DNA of 24,000 nt from Terriglobia bacterium (lineage in GTDB: Bacteria; Acidobacteriota; Terriglobia; 2-12-FULL-54-10): assembly GCA_963662495.2 (NCBI GenBank), contig CAXVYQ010000008.1, positions 452,903 to 476,902 on the forward strand. Direction: 5' to 3'. This document shows, piece after piece, positions 1-8,473 of the stretch; within the stretch, counting starts at the first letter, position 1, and each line of letters starts with the position of its first letter. The position numbers and the translations under genes were made by a program. The notes under the pieces were generated by a model. It saw nothing but the letters and a program-made list of their open reading frames with translations. It was not told the origin of the DNA and ran no database searches.

Positions 1-1
1 G

Positions 2-1033
2 CGGCTGAGCCGGACGGTTCACAACGCCGCAGCCGCATGGAGCCAGACGCAGCAGGTGCTGGCGGATGAGACCCCGGACGATACATCTGATTCTCCTGCT
101 TCCCCTTTGGCCGGCAACTCCTCCGCCATGGTGGAGGTCTATCAGTTCATCGCGAAGGTGGCGGATTCCGATGCCACGGTGCTGCTGGAAGGGGAGACCG
201 GAACGGGCAAGGAGCTGGTCGCGGGCCTGATTCATCAGGCCGGTGCGCGGCGGGACCATCCCATGATTGTCGTGGACTGCGGCTCGCTTCCCGCCTCGCT
301 GCTGGAAGCGGAACTCTTCGGCGCGGTGCGCGGCGCATATACGGGCGCTGACCGGGACCGGCGCGGCTTGTTCGAGGCTGCCGACGGCGGCACGGTTTTT
401 CTGGATGAGATCGGAGAGATGGAGCTCTCCTTCCAGCAGCGTCTGCTGCGTTTTCTGCAGGAGCGCGAGATCCGTCCGCTGGGCTCCTCTGCGGCGCGCA
501 AGGTGGATGTGCGCGTCATCGCGGCCACGAACCGCGACCTGCGCCAGTTCGTCTCGGAGAAAAAGTTCCGCGAGGATCTCTGGTACCGGCTCCAGGTCGC
601 CACGCTTCGCCTCGCACCGCTGCGGGAGCGCAAGGAGGATATTCCCGTTCTGATCGGCCATTTCCTCGCCAGCCTGCGCGCCCGCTCCGGCCGTCAGGTG
701 CGCCTCAGCGACGCGGCACTCGCCGCCGCGCGGGAATACTCCTGGCCCGGCAACGTCCGCCAGTTGCAGAACCTGCTGGAACGGCTCGCGATTCTGCATC
801 CGGGCCCCGTTGTGGAGCAATCCACTTTGCTGGAAACCCTCGCGGCGCTCGACCCGGCCACCGCCAGCCCGGCCGGCCCGGCTGGCGGCTCGCTCTCCTC
901 GGTTGAGGAAGATCACATCCGGAAAGTCCTGGAAGCCACCCACGGAAACAAGAGCCGGGCAGCCGAAATTCTCGGAATTGAACGAAAAACGCTCTATCGC
1001 AAGCTCGAAAAGATGCAGGGTGAGTCATCCTGA
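2..1033 (+). CDS. sigma-54-dependent transcriptional activator (bacterial enhancer-binding protein), 5'-truncated by the window edge
   Basis: The frame is open from nt 2, so the N-terminal sensory domain lies off-window. The AAA+ core has Walker A GETGTGKE, a GAFTGA-type loop (RGAYTGA) and Walker B FLDEIGEM. The C-terminus carries a Fis-type HTH (SRAAEILGIERKTLYRKLEK). Stop at 1031-1033. Confidence 0.9.
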   Translation, partial: RLSRTVHNAAAAWSQTQQVLADETPDDTSDSPASPLAGNSSAMVEVYQFIAKVADSDATVLLEGETGTGKELVAGLIHQAGARRDHPMIVVDCGSLPASLLEAELFGAVRGAYTGADRDRRGLFEAADGGTVFLDEIGEMELSFQQRLLRFLQEREIRPLGSSAARKVDVRVIAATNRDLRQFVSEKKFREDLWYRLQVATLRLAPLRERKEDIPVLIGHFLASLRARSGRQVRLSDAALAAAREYSWPGNVRQLQNLLERLAILHPGPVVEQSTLLETLAALDPATASPAGPAGGSLSSVEEDHIRKVLEATHGNKSRAAEILGIERKTLYRKLEKMQGESS

Positions 1034-1132
1034 CACACCGTGTTTCCTTGCGCCACGATTGATTCCGATGATTCAGAGTCGGTGGAATCCACTTCAAATT
1101 TTTTTTCAACGGGTTATGAGCAAGAGATGGTT

Positions 1133-1148
1133 TGGCATGGCGGTTGCA
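1133..1148 (+). promoter_or_regulatory. sigma-54 (-24/-12) promoter candidate
   Basis: TGGCAT-GGCGG-TTGCA matches the TGGCAC-N5-TTGCW consensus with exact GG-to-GC spacing (GG 1134-1135, GC 1146-1147). It is intergenic, 100 nt downstream of the EBP stop. It is the only correctly spaced match I found on either strand of the window. Confidence 0.5.
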
Positions 1149-1157
1149 ATAAGTGAG

Positions 1158-1276
1158 AGTGGTTCAAGACAAACGATTGACTGGCCAAACAGCACCGCGG
1201 ATCGGGAGGGACGAAGGGCTGCTCTCCCTTAAAAATGCGGATCCCGATTTGAGGGGCTGTTTGGCCCATCTTTTTT
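1158..1276 (+). ncRNA. candidate sigma-54-dependent small RNA (about 120 nt), uncharacterised
   Basis: The start is inferred about 11-12 nt after the -12 GC. No plausible ORF is present. A perfect 11 bp stem, GGCCAAACAGC (1183-1193) with GCTGTTTGGCC (1256-1266), is followed by CATCTTTTTT (T6 at 1271-1276). Inner helices include GGGAG/CTCCC (1204-1208/1224-1228), or alternatively ATCGGGA/TCCCGAT (1201-1207/1242-1248). Confidence 0.3.
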
Positions 1277-1351
1277 CCCCTAAAACCTTCTTTTTCTTCT
1301 CACGCAAGATTCGATAGCTTGGAGAACTCCGATTTTCCCGATCCCGGTCAA

Positions 1352-2113
1352 CTATTCACGGAAGGAAAACCGCAGCCGCGTTTTCCTGATCTGGATGACA
1401 TCGCCTTCACCCAACCGCAGCGGAGCGGTCAGGACCTCGGAGTTCACGCGTATCTTCCCTCCTCGGCCACCCCGGCCCCCCTGGTCCGAGGGTGCAATTT
1501 CAAAGTGGCGTCCACGGCGGGTGATCAGCGCGGCAACACGAGGCAGGAACCAGCCTTTAAGTTGTACGGACGCGCCCTGATCTTTTCCGATGATGCAGAT
1601 TTTGCTGGTCAGAATGTACTCTTCCTGATTGGTCTTACCGGCCAGCCGCACCAGGCAGGCCACATTTCCAGCGGAGGATTCCGAAGACCCTTCCTCGGCG
1701 ATCGCCGTGGCCTTGGCAAGAAATTCGCGGCGCTTTTTGGTATCGAGCACGACCGTCTGATCGGCGGCCGCCACCCCTTCCGATGCACCCGAGCCACCAG
1801 CCATCAGCATGCTGGCAGGCATGCCGCCGTCCTCGTGAAAAACGACCGTGTGTTTCCCGATGACGATCTCATCGCCTTCCTTCAGCGCGCTTTTCCTGAT
1901 CCGCTGGTTGTTGAGGAAGGTTCCGTTCAGACTGTTGAGGTCTTCAATAAAGAAGCGTCCCTCTTCAACGATCACCTTGGCGTGATGGCTGGAAACAGCA
2001 AGGTTATCGATGACAATTTCATTGCGGGGCGCCCGGCCGAGACCAATACTGGCCTTCTGCACCGGCAGTTCCTTTATAATTTTGCCTTCATATTGCAGAA
2101 CTAGATTTGCCAT
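1352..2113 (-). CDS. FHA domain-containing protein (canonical N-terminal FHA plus degenerate C-terminal FHA-like domain)
   Basis: The N-terminal region GLGRAPRNEIVIDNLAVSSHHAKV...LNSLNGTFLNNQRI...GDEIVIGKHTVVF is a typical FHA domain. The C-terminal region IIGKDQGASVQL...IRVNSEVL...GDVIQIRKTRLRF is FHA-like. SD GGGAGG lies 9 nt upstream of ATG 2113. Confidence 0.85.
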   Translation of the reverse strand: MANLVLQYEGKIIKELPVQKASIGLGRAPRNEIVIDNLAVSSHHAKVIVEEGRFFIEDLNSLNGTFLNNQRIRKSALKEGDEIVIGKHTVVFHEDGGMPASMLMAGGSGASEGVAAADQTVVLDTKKRREFLAKATAIAEEGSSESSAGNVACLVRLAGKTNQEEYILTSKICIIGKDQGASVQLKGWFLPRVAALITRRGRHFEIAPSDQGGRGGRGGKIRVNSEVLTAPLRLGEGDVIQIRKTRLRFSFRE

Positions 2114-2927
2114 TTCCGATTACCTCCCTGAACATTCCGATCCAGCGTCGCCACCCGGAGACGGGCGCAGGAATCAGGCGCAGGACAATGACCGTGGTAT
2201 TGTCCTCACCGCCCCTTTCATTGGCGAGTTCCACGAGCCAGTCGGCAACCTGTTGCGGGGTGCCGGGCTGAGTGAGTACCTCCGCGATTTCCTTGTCTGT
2301 AACCATGTGGGTCAGTCCGTCGGAACACAACAGGATCTGGTCTCCGGCGCCAACCCAGAGTTCATCCATATCCACTTCCACATGGGACTCCACGCCGAGC
2401 GCCCGCAGGATCACGTTGGACAGCTCGGACCGTTCGGCCTCTTCTTGCGTCATCACGCCCTGGCGGACCTGTTCCATCACCAGGGAATGGTCCTGCGTGA
2501 GTTGCTGCGGCTGGCGTTCGCGGAACAGATAGATTCGGCTGTCGCCCACATGCGCCAGGCTCATGATGTTGTCGATGATGCGGACCGCGACAACGGTGGA
2601 GCCCATGCCGTTGAGCTCGGGACGGGTGATGGCCTCTTGATAGATGATCCGGCTGGAGAGCCGAATGCCGCTGGCCAGGCGGTTGGTCGGCGCGGTGAAT
2701 TCCTCGATCCGGTTTCCCACAAACGTCTGCCCGGAACTTCCGGCCAAATCGATGCAATGCGCGAGCACCGTTTCCACCGCCATCCGGCTGGCGATTTCCC
2801 CGCCGGCCTGCCCTCCCATCCCATCGCAGAGGACAAACAGGTTCAAAGGAAAATCCACGCCATAGTGGTCTTCATTGTTGGTTCGCACCAACCCCACATC
2901 CGTCCGTGATCCAACGTCTATCTGCAA
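2088..2927 (-). CDS. PP2C-family Ser/Thr protein phosphatase
   Basis: PP2C motifs are present: TDVGLVRTNNEDHY, LCDGMGGQAGGEIAS, VGDSRIY, LLCSDGL and GGEDNTTVIV. The start is TTG 2927 with GGAGG 6 nt upstream. The 3' end overlaps the FHA gene by 26 nt. Confidence 0.9.
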   Translation of the reverse strand: MQIDVGSRTDVGLVRTNNEDHYGVDFPLNLFVLCDGMGGQAGGEIASRMAVETVLAHCIDLAGSSGQTFVGNRIEEFTAPTNRLASGIRLSSRIIYQEAITRPELNGMGSTVVAVRIIDNIMSLAHVGDSRIYLFRERQPQQLTQDHSLVMEQVRQGVMTQEEAERSELSNVILRALGVESHVEVDMDELWVGAGDQILLCSDGLTHMVTDKEIAEVLTQPGTPQQVADWLVELANERGGEDNTTVIVLRLIPAPVSGWRRWIGMFREVIGNGKSSSAI

Positions 2928-3427
2928 ACCGAGCCTCCATCGGCTCCCCGTTCAAACCCGGGCGCAACAACCCCGCGATTCCCGGAAACCGATTCTTTCC
3001 ACCGCACCGTGACACGACCTTGCCCCGCATGGCGAGCCACACCCATGGACCTATCTTCCATGCAAGCAGGCAAGCAAGCGCCGGGTCAGGATATTTCCCC
3101 TTAAATCAACTGTCTTTTCTGCAACACATGCCAACATTTTACAGGCATTCCCCTGGTCCTGGATGGTGTGCAGTGTTGTACATTCCTCATTCAGGACTCA
3201 GATCGGCCTCAGTCCCACCCGGGTCAGACCCGGTCGACCCGTCTCGGGATAACACGCCGAAATCGGGTCCCAGAGAGTTTCATCGGCTGGAGGACGCCAT
3301 CCGATAAGCATTGATTCCGGCTATTCGGGAGTCATCCATCTTGCTTCAGAATTCGATCTCAACCCGCGAGAAGGACCGGCGGGCAGGGATCACAAGAAAA
3401 TAACCCTTTGATTAGCAACAGCATATA

Positions 3428-3456
3428 TTGGTACGCTTGGTCCCATTTGGTATGCT
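3428..3456 (+). promoter_or_regulatory. sigma-70-like promoter candidate for the ABC operon
   Basis: TTGGTA-N17-TATGCT (-35 at 3428-3433, -10 at 3451-3456). It overlaps an 11-mer direct repeat, TTGGTAYGCTT, at 3428-3438 and 3447-3457. This would give a leader of about 160 nt. Confidence 0.3.
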
Positions 3457-3625
3457 TATCCTATGAACCTGCTGGGATAACGGCAGGCTCACTCACCACA
3501 CCCGGAGGCGTGGGCATCTTGTCGTTCAGGGCCAGAGGGGGGCGGTCCGGCGCAGGTGGTGAGTAACAGGGTTCGAAAATGACCTCATTCAAAATCTTTC
3601 AGCGAGCTTCGTGCAGGAGGAAGCA

Positions 3626-4651
3626 GTGATCGAAGTGCAAGGACTGACCAAGCGGTATGGGAAGACCGTTGCGGTGAATGACCTCAGCTTTTCAGTGGAA
3701 AAAGGCGAGGTCCTGGGCTTTCTGGGACCGAACGGCGCCGGGAAGACCACGACGATGCGCGTGCTGACCGGATACCTGCCGCCGACGACGGGGAAGGTCC
3801 GGGTGGCCGGCTACGATGTGATGGAGTCTCCGCTGGAGGTCAAGAAGCGGGTTGGGTATCTTCCGGAGACGCCGCCGCTTTACACCGACATGCGGGTGCA
3901 CGAAATGCTCGACTTTGCCGCCCGCATCAAAGGTGTCCCGGCCCGCCAGATCAAGACGCGGCGGGAGTACGTTGCTGAGAAAACGGCGATCACCGACGTG
4001 CTGAACAAGATCGTCGGGCATCTGTCGAAAGGCTACCGGCAACGGGTGGGACTGGCGGCCGCGCTGATTCACGATCCGGAACTGCTCGTTCTGGACGAGC
4101 CGACGGCGGGGCTGGACCCGAAACAGATTATCGAAACCCGGAAACTCATCCAGAGCCTGTCACGCGACCATACGATCATCCTGAGCACGCATATCCTGCC
4201 GGAGGCGGCCAACACCTGCAACCGGGTGATGATTATCAACGCCGGACATCTGGTCGCCGAGGATACGCCGGAGAACCTGACTCACCGGCTGCAGGGCTTT
4301 GAAACCATGCGACTGGTGGTGGAAGGGCCCCAGGAACCGGTGCGCGAGGCGCTGGCCGGGGTGGAGGGGGTCCACGAGGTCTCCCCGATTCCGATGCCCG
4401 GTGGCCGGGTGGAATTCTCCGTGCAGATGGCGCCAGAGCAGGACCGGCGAAAAGAACTGGCGCGCAAGGTAGTGGAAGGCGGCTGGGGATTGCTGGAGCT
4501 GCGGCCGACGGGCATGAGTCTGGAGGATATCTTCCTGAAGCTCACGACGAAGGATACGGCGGAGAGCGAACAGGCTCAACAGGCCGCGGCTGCCCCGGAG
4601 ACTCCGGAGGGAGGCGAGCCCGAAACGGCCGAGGAGGTAACAGAAGCATGA
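3626..4651 (+). CDS. ABC transporter ATP-binding protein (GldA-like, ABC-2 subfamily)
   Basis: Walker A GPNGAGKTT, signature LSKGYRQR, Walker B LLVLDEPTAGLD and an H-loop STH are present. I prefer the GTG 3626 start (AGGAGG at 3615-3620, 5 nt spacer) over GTG 3611 from the track. The C-terminal tail is rich in Ala, Pro and Glu. Confidence 0.9.
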   Translation: MIEVQGLTKRYGKTVAVNDLSFSVEKGEVLGFLGPNGAGKTTTMRVLTGYLPPTTGKVRVAGYDVMESPLEVKKRVGYLPETPPLYTDMRVHEMLDFAARIKGVPARQIKTRREYVAEKTAITDVLNKIVGHLSKGYRQRVGLAAALIHDPELLVLDEPTAGLDPKQIIETRKLIQSLSRDHTIILSTHILPEAANTCNRVMIINAGHLVAEDTPENLTHRLQGFETMRLVVEGPQEPVREALAGVEGVHEVSPIPMPGGRVEFSVQMAPEQDRRKELARKVVEGGWGLLELRPTGMSLEDIFLKLTTKDTAESEQAQQAAAAPETPEGGEPETAEEVTEA

Positions 4652-5430
4652 GAAACATCTGGACCATTGCCCGCAAGGAGATGAACAGCTATTTCCGGTC
4701 TCCGATCGGGTACTTCATCCTGGCGATCTTCGCATTCCTTTTCGGGTTCATCTATTACCGGTCGGTGGCCGATTTCATCTTCACGAGCCTGACCCGGGCA
4801 CAATACGCGCAGATGTATGGCCAATCCATGCCACCCATGAACGTGAACGAGATGGTCATCCGGGGACTGCTCAGCACCACCAGCTTTTTCCTCCTGTTCC
4901 TTGTGCCGATGATCACGATGCGTCTGTTCGCGGAAGAGAAAAAGACGGGAACCATCGAGCTGCTGATGACCTCCCCGATCACGGAGATGCAACTGGTCCT
5001 CGGAAAATTTTTCGGCTCGCTCCTCCTCTACTCCATCATGCTCGGCATCACCGTTCCGTTCATGATGATCCTGTTCCGCTACGGCAACCCGGACTGGAAG
5101 CCGGTGGTGGCGGGCTACCTGGGCCAATTGCTGCTGGGAGGAACGTTCATTTCCCTGGGGCTGATGTTTTCCACCTTCACTCGAAACCAGCTCATCGCGG
5201 CCAGTCTGACGTTTACCACCCTGCTGCTGCTCTGGGTCATCGGATTCTGGAGCCAGAGCTCGGGCTCCGCCTGGGCGCAGATCGCCAGCTATATCGCGAT
5301 CCTGACGCACATCGAATCCTTTACCAAAGGCGTGATTGAATTGAAAGATACGCTCTATTACCTGAGCGCGATCGGACTGGGGCTGTTCCTCTCCGTGCGG
5401 TCGGTGGAATCAACCCGGTGGAGGGCTTAA
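4648..5430 (+). CDS. ABC-2 type transporter permease (GldF-like)
   Basis: ATGA start/stop overlap with the ATPase gene. The protein is polytopic and hydrophobic (about 6 TM segments) with an N-terminus (IARKEMNSYFRSPIGY) typical of ABC-2 permeases. Confidence 0.85.
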   Translation: MRNIWTIARKEMNSYFRSPIGYFILAIFAFLFGFIYYRSVADFIFTSLTRAQYAQMYGQSMPPMNVNEMVIRGLLSTTSFFLLFLVPMITMRLFAEEKKTGTIELLMTSPITEMQLVLGKFFGSLLLYSIMLGITVPFMMILFRYGNPDWKPVVAGYLGQLLLGGTFISLGLMFSTFTRNQLIAASLTFTTLLLLWVIGFWSQSSGSAWAQIASYIAILTHIESFTKGVIELKDTLYYLSAIGLGLFLSVRSVESTRWRA

Positions 5431-5433
5431 CAG

Positions 5434-6837
5434 ATGAATCTGGGATGGAAGAGCAAAATGACGAGCCGCCAAACCAAGTACGGGCTGAACAGCCTGCTCT
5501 ACGCGCTGGCCGGAATTGCCATCGTGATCGTGATCAACCTGATCGCGGCTCGCGCCCCCACGCAGATCGGCGGCATGAACTTCGACTGGCGCTGGGACCT
5601 GACCAGCAATCAGCGGTTCAGTCTCTCGCAGCAGTCGGTGCAGATTCTGGCCGGTCTGGACCGGGACGTGGAACTGGTTTACTTCGCCCGGCAGGCCGAG
5701 CTGATAGGAATGCGGGATCTGCTGGAGCAGTACACAGCGCAGAGCCGCAGAGTCTCGGCCACCTACTACGACCTGGACCGGGAGCCGAACGAAGCGACCC
5801 GCTTGAACGTTACGGAATATGGAACCGTGGTGGTGGCGTCCGGCGACAGAAGCGAGCTGGCCGGCGGGGTGCGAGAGGAAGACATCACGAACGCGATGAT
5901 CCGGCTGCTGAAGGAAGAAGCGAAGGTGGTCTACTTCCTGCAGGGCCATGGCGAGAGGCAGATCGATTCCACCGAGCGGCGGGGCTACAGCGAAGTGAAG
6001 ACGGCGGTGGAAGAAATTAACTACGAGGTGAGGACGCTCTCCTTGCTGGAGGAAACTCCCACGATTCCAGGCGACGCCAGCGTGCTGGTGGTGGCCGCGC
6101 CGCAGACGGAGTTTCTGGATCCGGAGATCGCCGCCATCAAGGAATATATGATGAAAGGCGGGCGGGTGTTTTTCCTGATCTCCCCGCAGACGCCGGCCAA
6201 GCTGGTCAGCCTGCTGGGCGAGTTCGGGGCCGATATCTCGAACACGCTGGTGGTGGATATGAGCGGGATCGGAAAACTGTTCGGCACCGACGAGCTGATG
6301 CCGCTGGCGCTGGAGTATGAAGACCACGCGATCACGAAGGACATGGCGAACGTTGCGACGATGTTTCCTTTTTCCAACGCCGTGCGGGCGACCAGCGATT
6401 ACATGCCCGGAGCGGAGTTCCGGTTGCTCGCCAAGACCGCGAGCCAAACCTGGGCGACGCGCGACGTGGAATCCCGCGAAGTCAGCTTCCAGGAGGGCCG
6501 CGATCTGGAAGGACCCCTCGCGCTGGTCGGCGCGGGCTCCTTTCACGACGTCAACGATCCCGGCGCTCCGCAAGGGCGGTTCGTGGTATCGGGAAGCGCC
6601 GACCTGGCCAGCAACGCCATCCTGGGGTTTAATGGAAATCGCGACCTGTTCCTGAACTCCATGAACTGGCTCTCCTCCGATGAGGATCTGATCTCGATTC
6701 GTCCGACCGATCCGGAAGACCGGCGGGTGGATCTGACGCCGGGACAGTTATCGTTCATCTTCTATTTTTCGCTGGTGTTTGTGCCGCTGGCGGTGATCGG
6801 GACCGGACTGGGCGTCTGGTGGAAACGGCGTGGATAG
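5434..6837 (+). CDS. GldG-like ABC-transporter auxiliary component
   Basis: It starts 3 nt after the permease stop. It has an N-terminal TM, a large soluble region and a C-terminal TM (FIFYFSLVFVPLAVIGTGLGVWW). Size and position match GldG-family proteins, which follow ABC-2 permeases. Confidence 0.75.
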   Translation: MNLGWKSKMTSRQTKYGLNSLLYALAGIAIVIVINLIAARAPTQIGGMNFDWRWDLTSNQRFSLSQQSVQILAGLDRDVELVYFARQAELIGMRDLLEQYTAQSRRVSATYYDLDREPNEATRLNVTEYGTVVVASGDRSELAGGVREEDITNAMIRLLKEEAKVVYFLQGHGERQIDSTERRGYSEVKTAVEEINYEVRTLSLLEETPTIPGDASVLVVAAPQTEFLDPEIAAIKEYMMKGGRVFFLISPQTPAKLVSLLGEFGADISNTLVVDMSGIGKLFGTDELMPLALEYEDHAITKDMANVATMFPFSNAVRATSDYMPGAEFRLLAKTASQTWATRDVESREVSFQEGRDLEGPLALVGAGSFHDVNDPGAPQGRFVVSGSADLASNAILGFNGNRDLFLNSMNWLSSDEDLISIRPTDPEDRRVDLTPGQLSFIFYFSLVFVPLAVIGTGLGVWWKRRG

Positions 6838-6852
6838 CGTGGAGTTGCGGTA

Positions 6853-8391
6853 ATGAATGCTCGACATACAATCGGCGCTCTGGTGATTCTGGCAGTGCTG
6901 GGGGGCTTGCTCTATTTCGTCTACCAGCAGCCCGTGCCGGTAGATCCCAGGGCCATTCCCCGGGAGCCGCTGTTTTCCTTTGACCCCGAAGACATCGTGG
7001 AGTTCCGGCTGGAGATGGCGGCGGAGAGGCCGGCGAGCTTCCGTCGAATCGAGGAACCCCCAGCGGAAGCCGAGGGAGCAGAAGCAGAGGCGGCCGAGGC
7101 CGAGCCAGCAGCCGCGTCCTTCGATGAGCCGGAGTCGCAATGGGAGGTCCTGGAGCCTTCGGGGATCGACGCGGACAGCTATCTGGTCGAAGGATTTCTC
7201 GCTGAGTTCTATAAATTCCAGGCGGTGCCGCTCACAGGCGAGGTTGAGCCGGAGTGGGAAGCCTACGGCCTGGAAGAGCCGCAACGCAAACTGGAGTTCA
7301 AGCTGAAGGACGGCAACACGGTTTTGCTGGAGGTGGGAGAAGAAAATCCCAGCGGCTATGCGCGCTACGGCAGGCGCAATGGCGAAGGGCCGCTGCTGCT
7401 GCTCGACACGGAGGACAACAAGGCCCTGCTCGAGAAAACTCTTTTCGACCTCCGCGACAAAAGGATTCTGCCGATGGAGATGAACGCGGCGAATCGAATC
7501 ACGTTGCACTATCAGTTCGGCGACCAGGCCGCTGCTGCCGACGAGATGCAGCGGGCCCGGCAACTGGGCCTCTCCACACGGCCGGCGCGCATGGGCTTTG
7601 AGCGGGGTGAGGACGGCAACTGGAGGCTACGGGAGCCGCGGCTGCGAACCGACACGGGCGGGGCAACCTATCTGGCGACAATCTTGGCCGGAGCATTGAT
7701 GAAGAAGGTGGTCCAGGAGCAAGCAGAGGAGCAGGCCGGGGCGCTGGCGCCCTATGGACTGAACCGACCTCGGATACGGGTGGAGGTGAGCGGCCCGGAG
7801 GGCGAGGCGACGCTGCTGATAGGTGAGGAGACGTCCGAGGAAACATTGGATGCCACAACCGGGGATGCCACGTCCGATGGAAGTAATAAATTCTATTTCG
7901 CGAAAAATTCCCTCCGGCCGCACGTCTTCACCATCCTCAAAAACGTCTACGACCAACTGAACCGGGACCTGGAGTACTATCGCAACCGGTACCTGTTCGA
8001 CTTCGAGACCTCCAGCGCAACCCGCGTCGAAATCAACGGACCGACCGGCGAGCTTCTCTTTGAGCGGCGTGGGGCGGATTGGTACCGAGCGGGAATCCAG
8101 GAAACGCAGATGGCGGAACTGAAGGTGGATAACTTTCTGAACTCCATTCACTCGCTTCGCATACAGTCCTACGTCAACGATGCGCTGAATCAGTTCGCCA
8201 CCTACGGATTGAACGATCCCTGGGTGCGGGTCCGGGTAACCTTCGGCGAGCAGGGCCGGCAGGAGACCATCCTGTTCAGCCGCCAGGGAGAGAAGTTCTA
8301 CGGCGCGCGGGAAGGCGAGCCTTCCGTCTATGAGATGGCGCCACGGGAGCCGGAGATCATGGAAGGCAACCTGGAAGATCTGATCTCCTAG
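6853..8391 (+). CDS. DUF4340-like protein (N-terminal membrane anchor)
   Basis: It is the fourth gene of the operon. It has an N-terminal TM (IGALVILAVLGGLLYFVY) and a low-complexity EA-rich linker. The assignment rests on the recurrent GldG-DUF4340 gene order and general sequence character, not on a search. Confidence 0.6.
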   Translation: MNARHTIGALVILAVLGGLLYFVYQQPVPVDPRAIPREPLFSFDPEDIVEFRLEMAAERPASFRRIEEPPAEAEGAEAEAAEAEPAAASFDEPESQWEVLEPSGIDADSYLVEGFLAEFYKFQAVPLTGEVEPEWEAYGLEEPQRKLEFKLKDGNTVLLEVGEENPSGYARYGRRNGEGPLLLLDTEDNKALLEKTLFDLRDKRILPMEMNAANRITLHYQFGDQAAAADEMQRARQLGLSTRPARMGFERGEDGNWRLREPRLRTDTGGATYLATILAGALMKKVVQEQAEEQAGALAPYGLNRPRIRVEVSGPEGEATLLIGEETSEETLDATTGDATSDGSNKFYFAKNSLRPHVFTILKNVYDQLNRDLEYYRNRYLFDFETSSATRVEINGPTGELLFERRGADWYRAGIQETQMAELKVDNFLNSIHSLRIQSYVNDALNQFATYGLNDPWVRVRVTFGEQGRQETILFSRQGEKFYGAREGEPSVYEMAPREPEIMEGNLEDLIS

Positions 8392-8473
8392 TCCGCGCGG
8401 GAACACGCAGCAGCCGGGACACACGGGAGTAAAGAAAAGACCCGGTCCGGATGGTGAAGTTCTCTACATTGGG

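Noticed and set aside
1080-1107. GTGGA-a-TCCAC followed by T8, as a terminator for the EBP gene.
   Set aside because: The loop would be only 1 nt (at best a 3 bp stem with a 5 nt loop), which is too weak to call. The T-tract is noted only as context for the sigma-54 promoter.
3120-3134. Sigma-54-like motif on the minus strand (TTGGCAT-GTG-TTGCA), upstream of the PP2C/FHA operon.
   Set aside because: Only 3 nt separate the TGGCAT and TTGC elements instead of 5. The -24/-12 spacing is essentially invariant, so this is not a functional match.
2906-3307. 133 aa + strand ORF in the long spacer.
   Set aside because: It has no SD and an implausible composition (Pro/Ser/His/Arg-rich). It also starts by overlapping the PP2C gene start.
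3569-3580. tRNA T-loop-like GGGTTCGAAAAT.
   Set aside because: The flanking bases cannot form a T-stem, and no acceptor or anticodon arms can be drawn. It is not a tRNA.
5410-6573. Long antisense ORFs in the track, for example 5410..6573(-) 387 aa, 19586..20827(-) 413 aa, 22002..23045(+) 347 aa, 10730..11728(-) 332 aa, 1319..2104(+), 2010..2909(+), 6748..7563(-), 7627..8424(-), 15755..16453(+) and 23070..23786(+).
   Set aside because: Each lies opposite a gene with clear family motifs. Their translations are Arg/Gly/Pro/His-rich low-information sequence typical of shadow ORFs in high-GC DNA, and none has a recognisable domain.
8392-8473. Possible fluoride (crcB-motif) riboswitch upstream of crcB.
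   Set aside because: The hallmark GGnGAUGG...CUGAUGAnnCCUAC elements are absent. Only a chance GGATGG is present.
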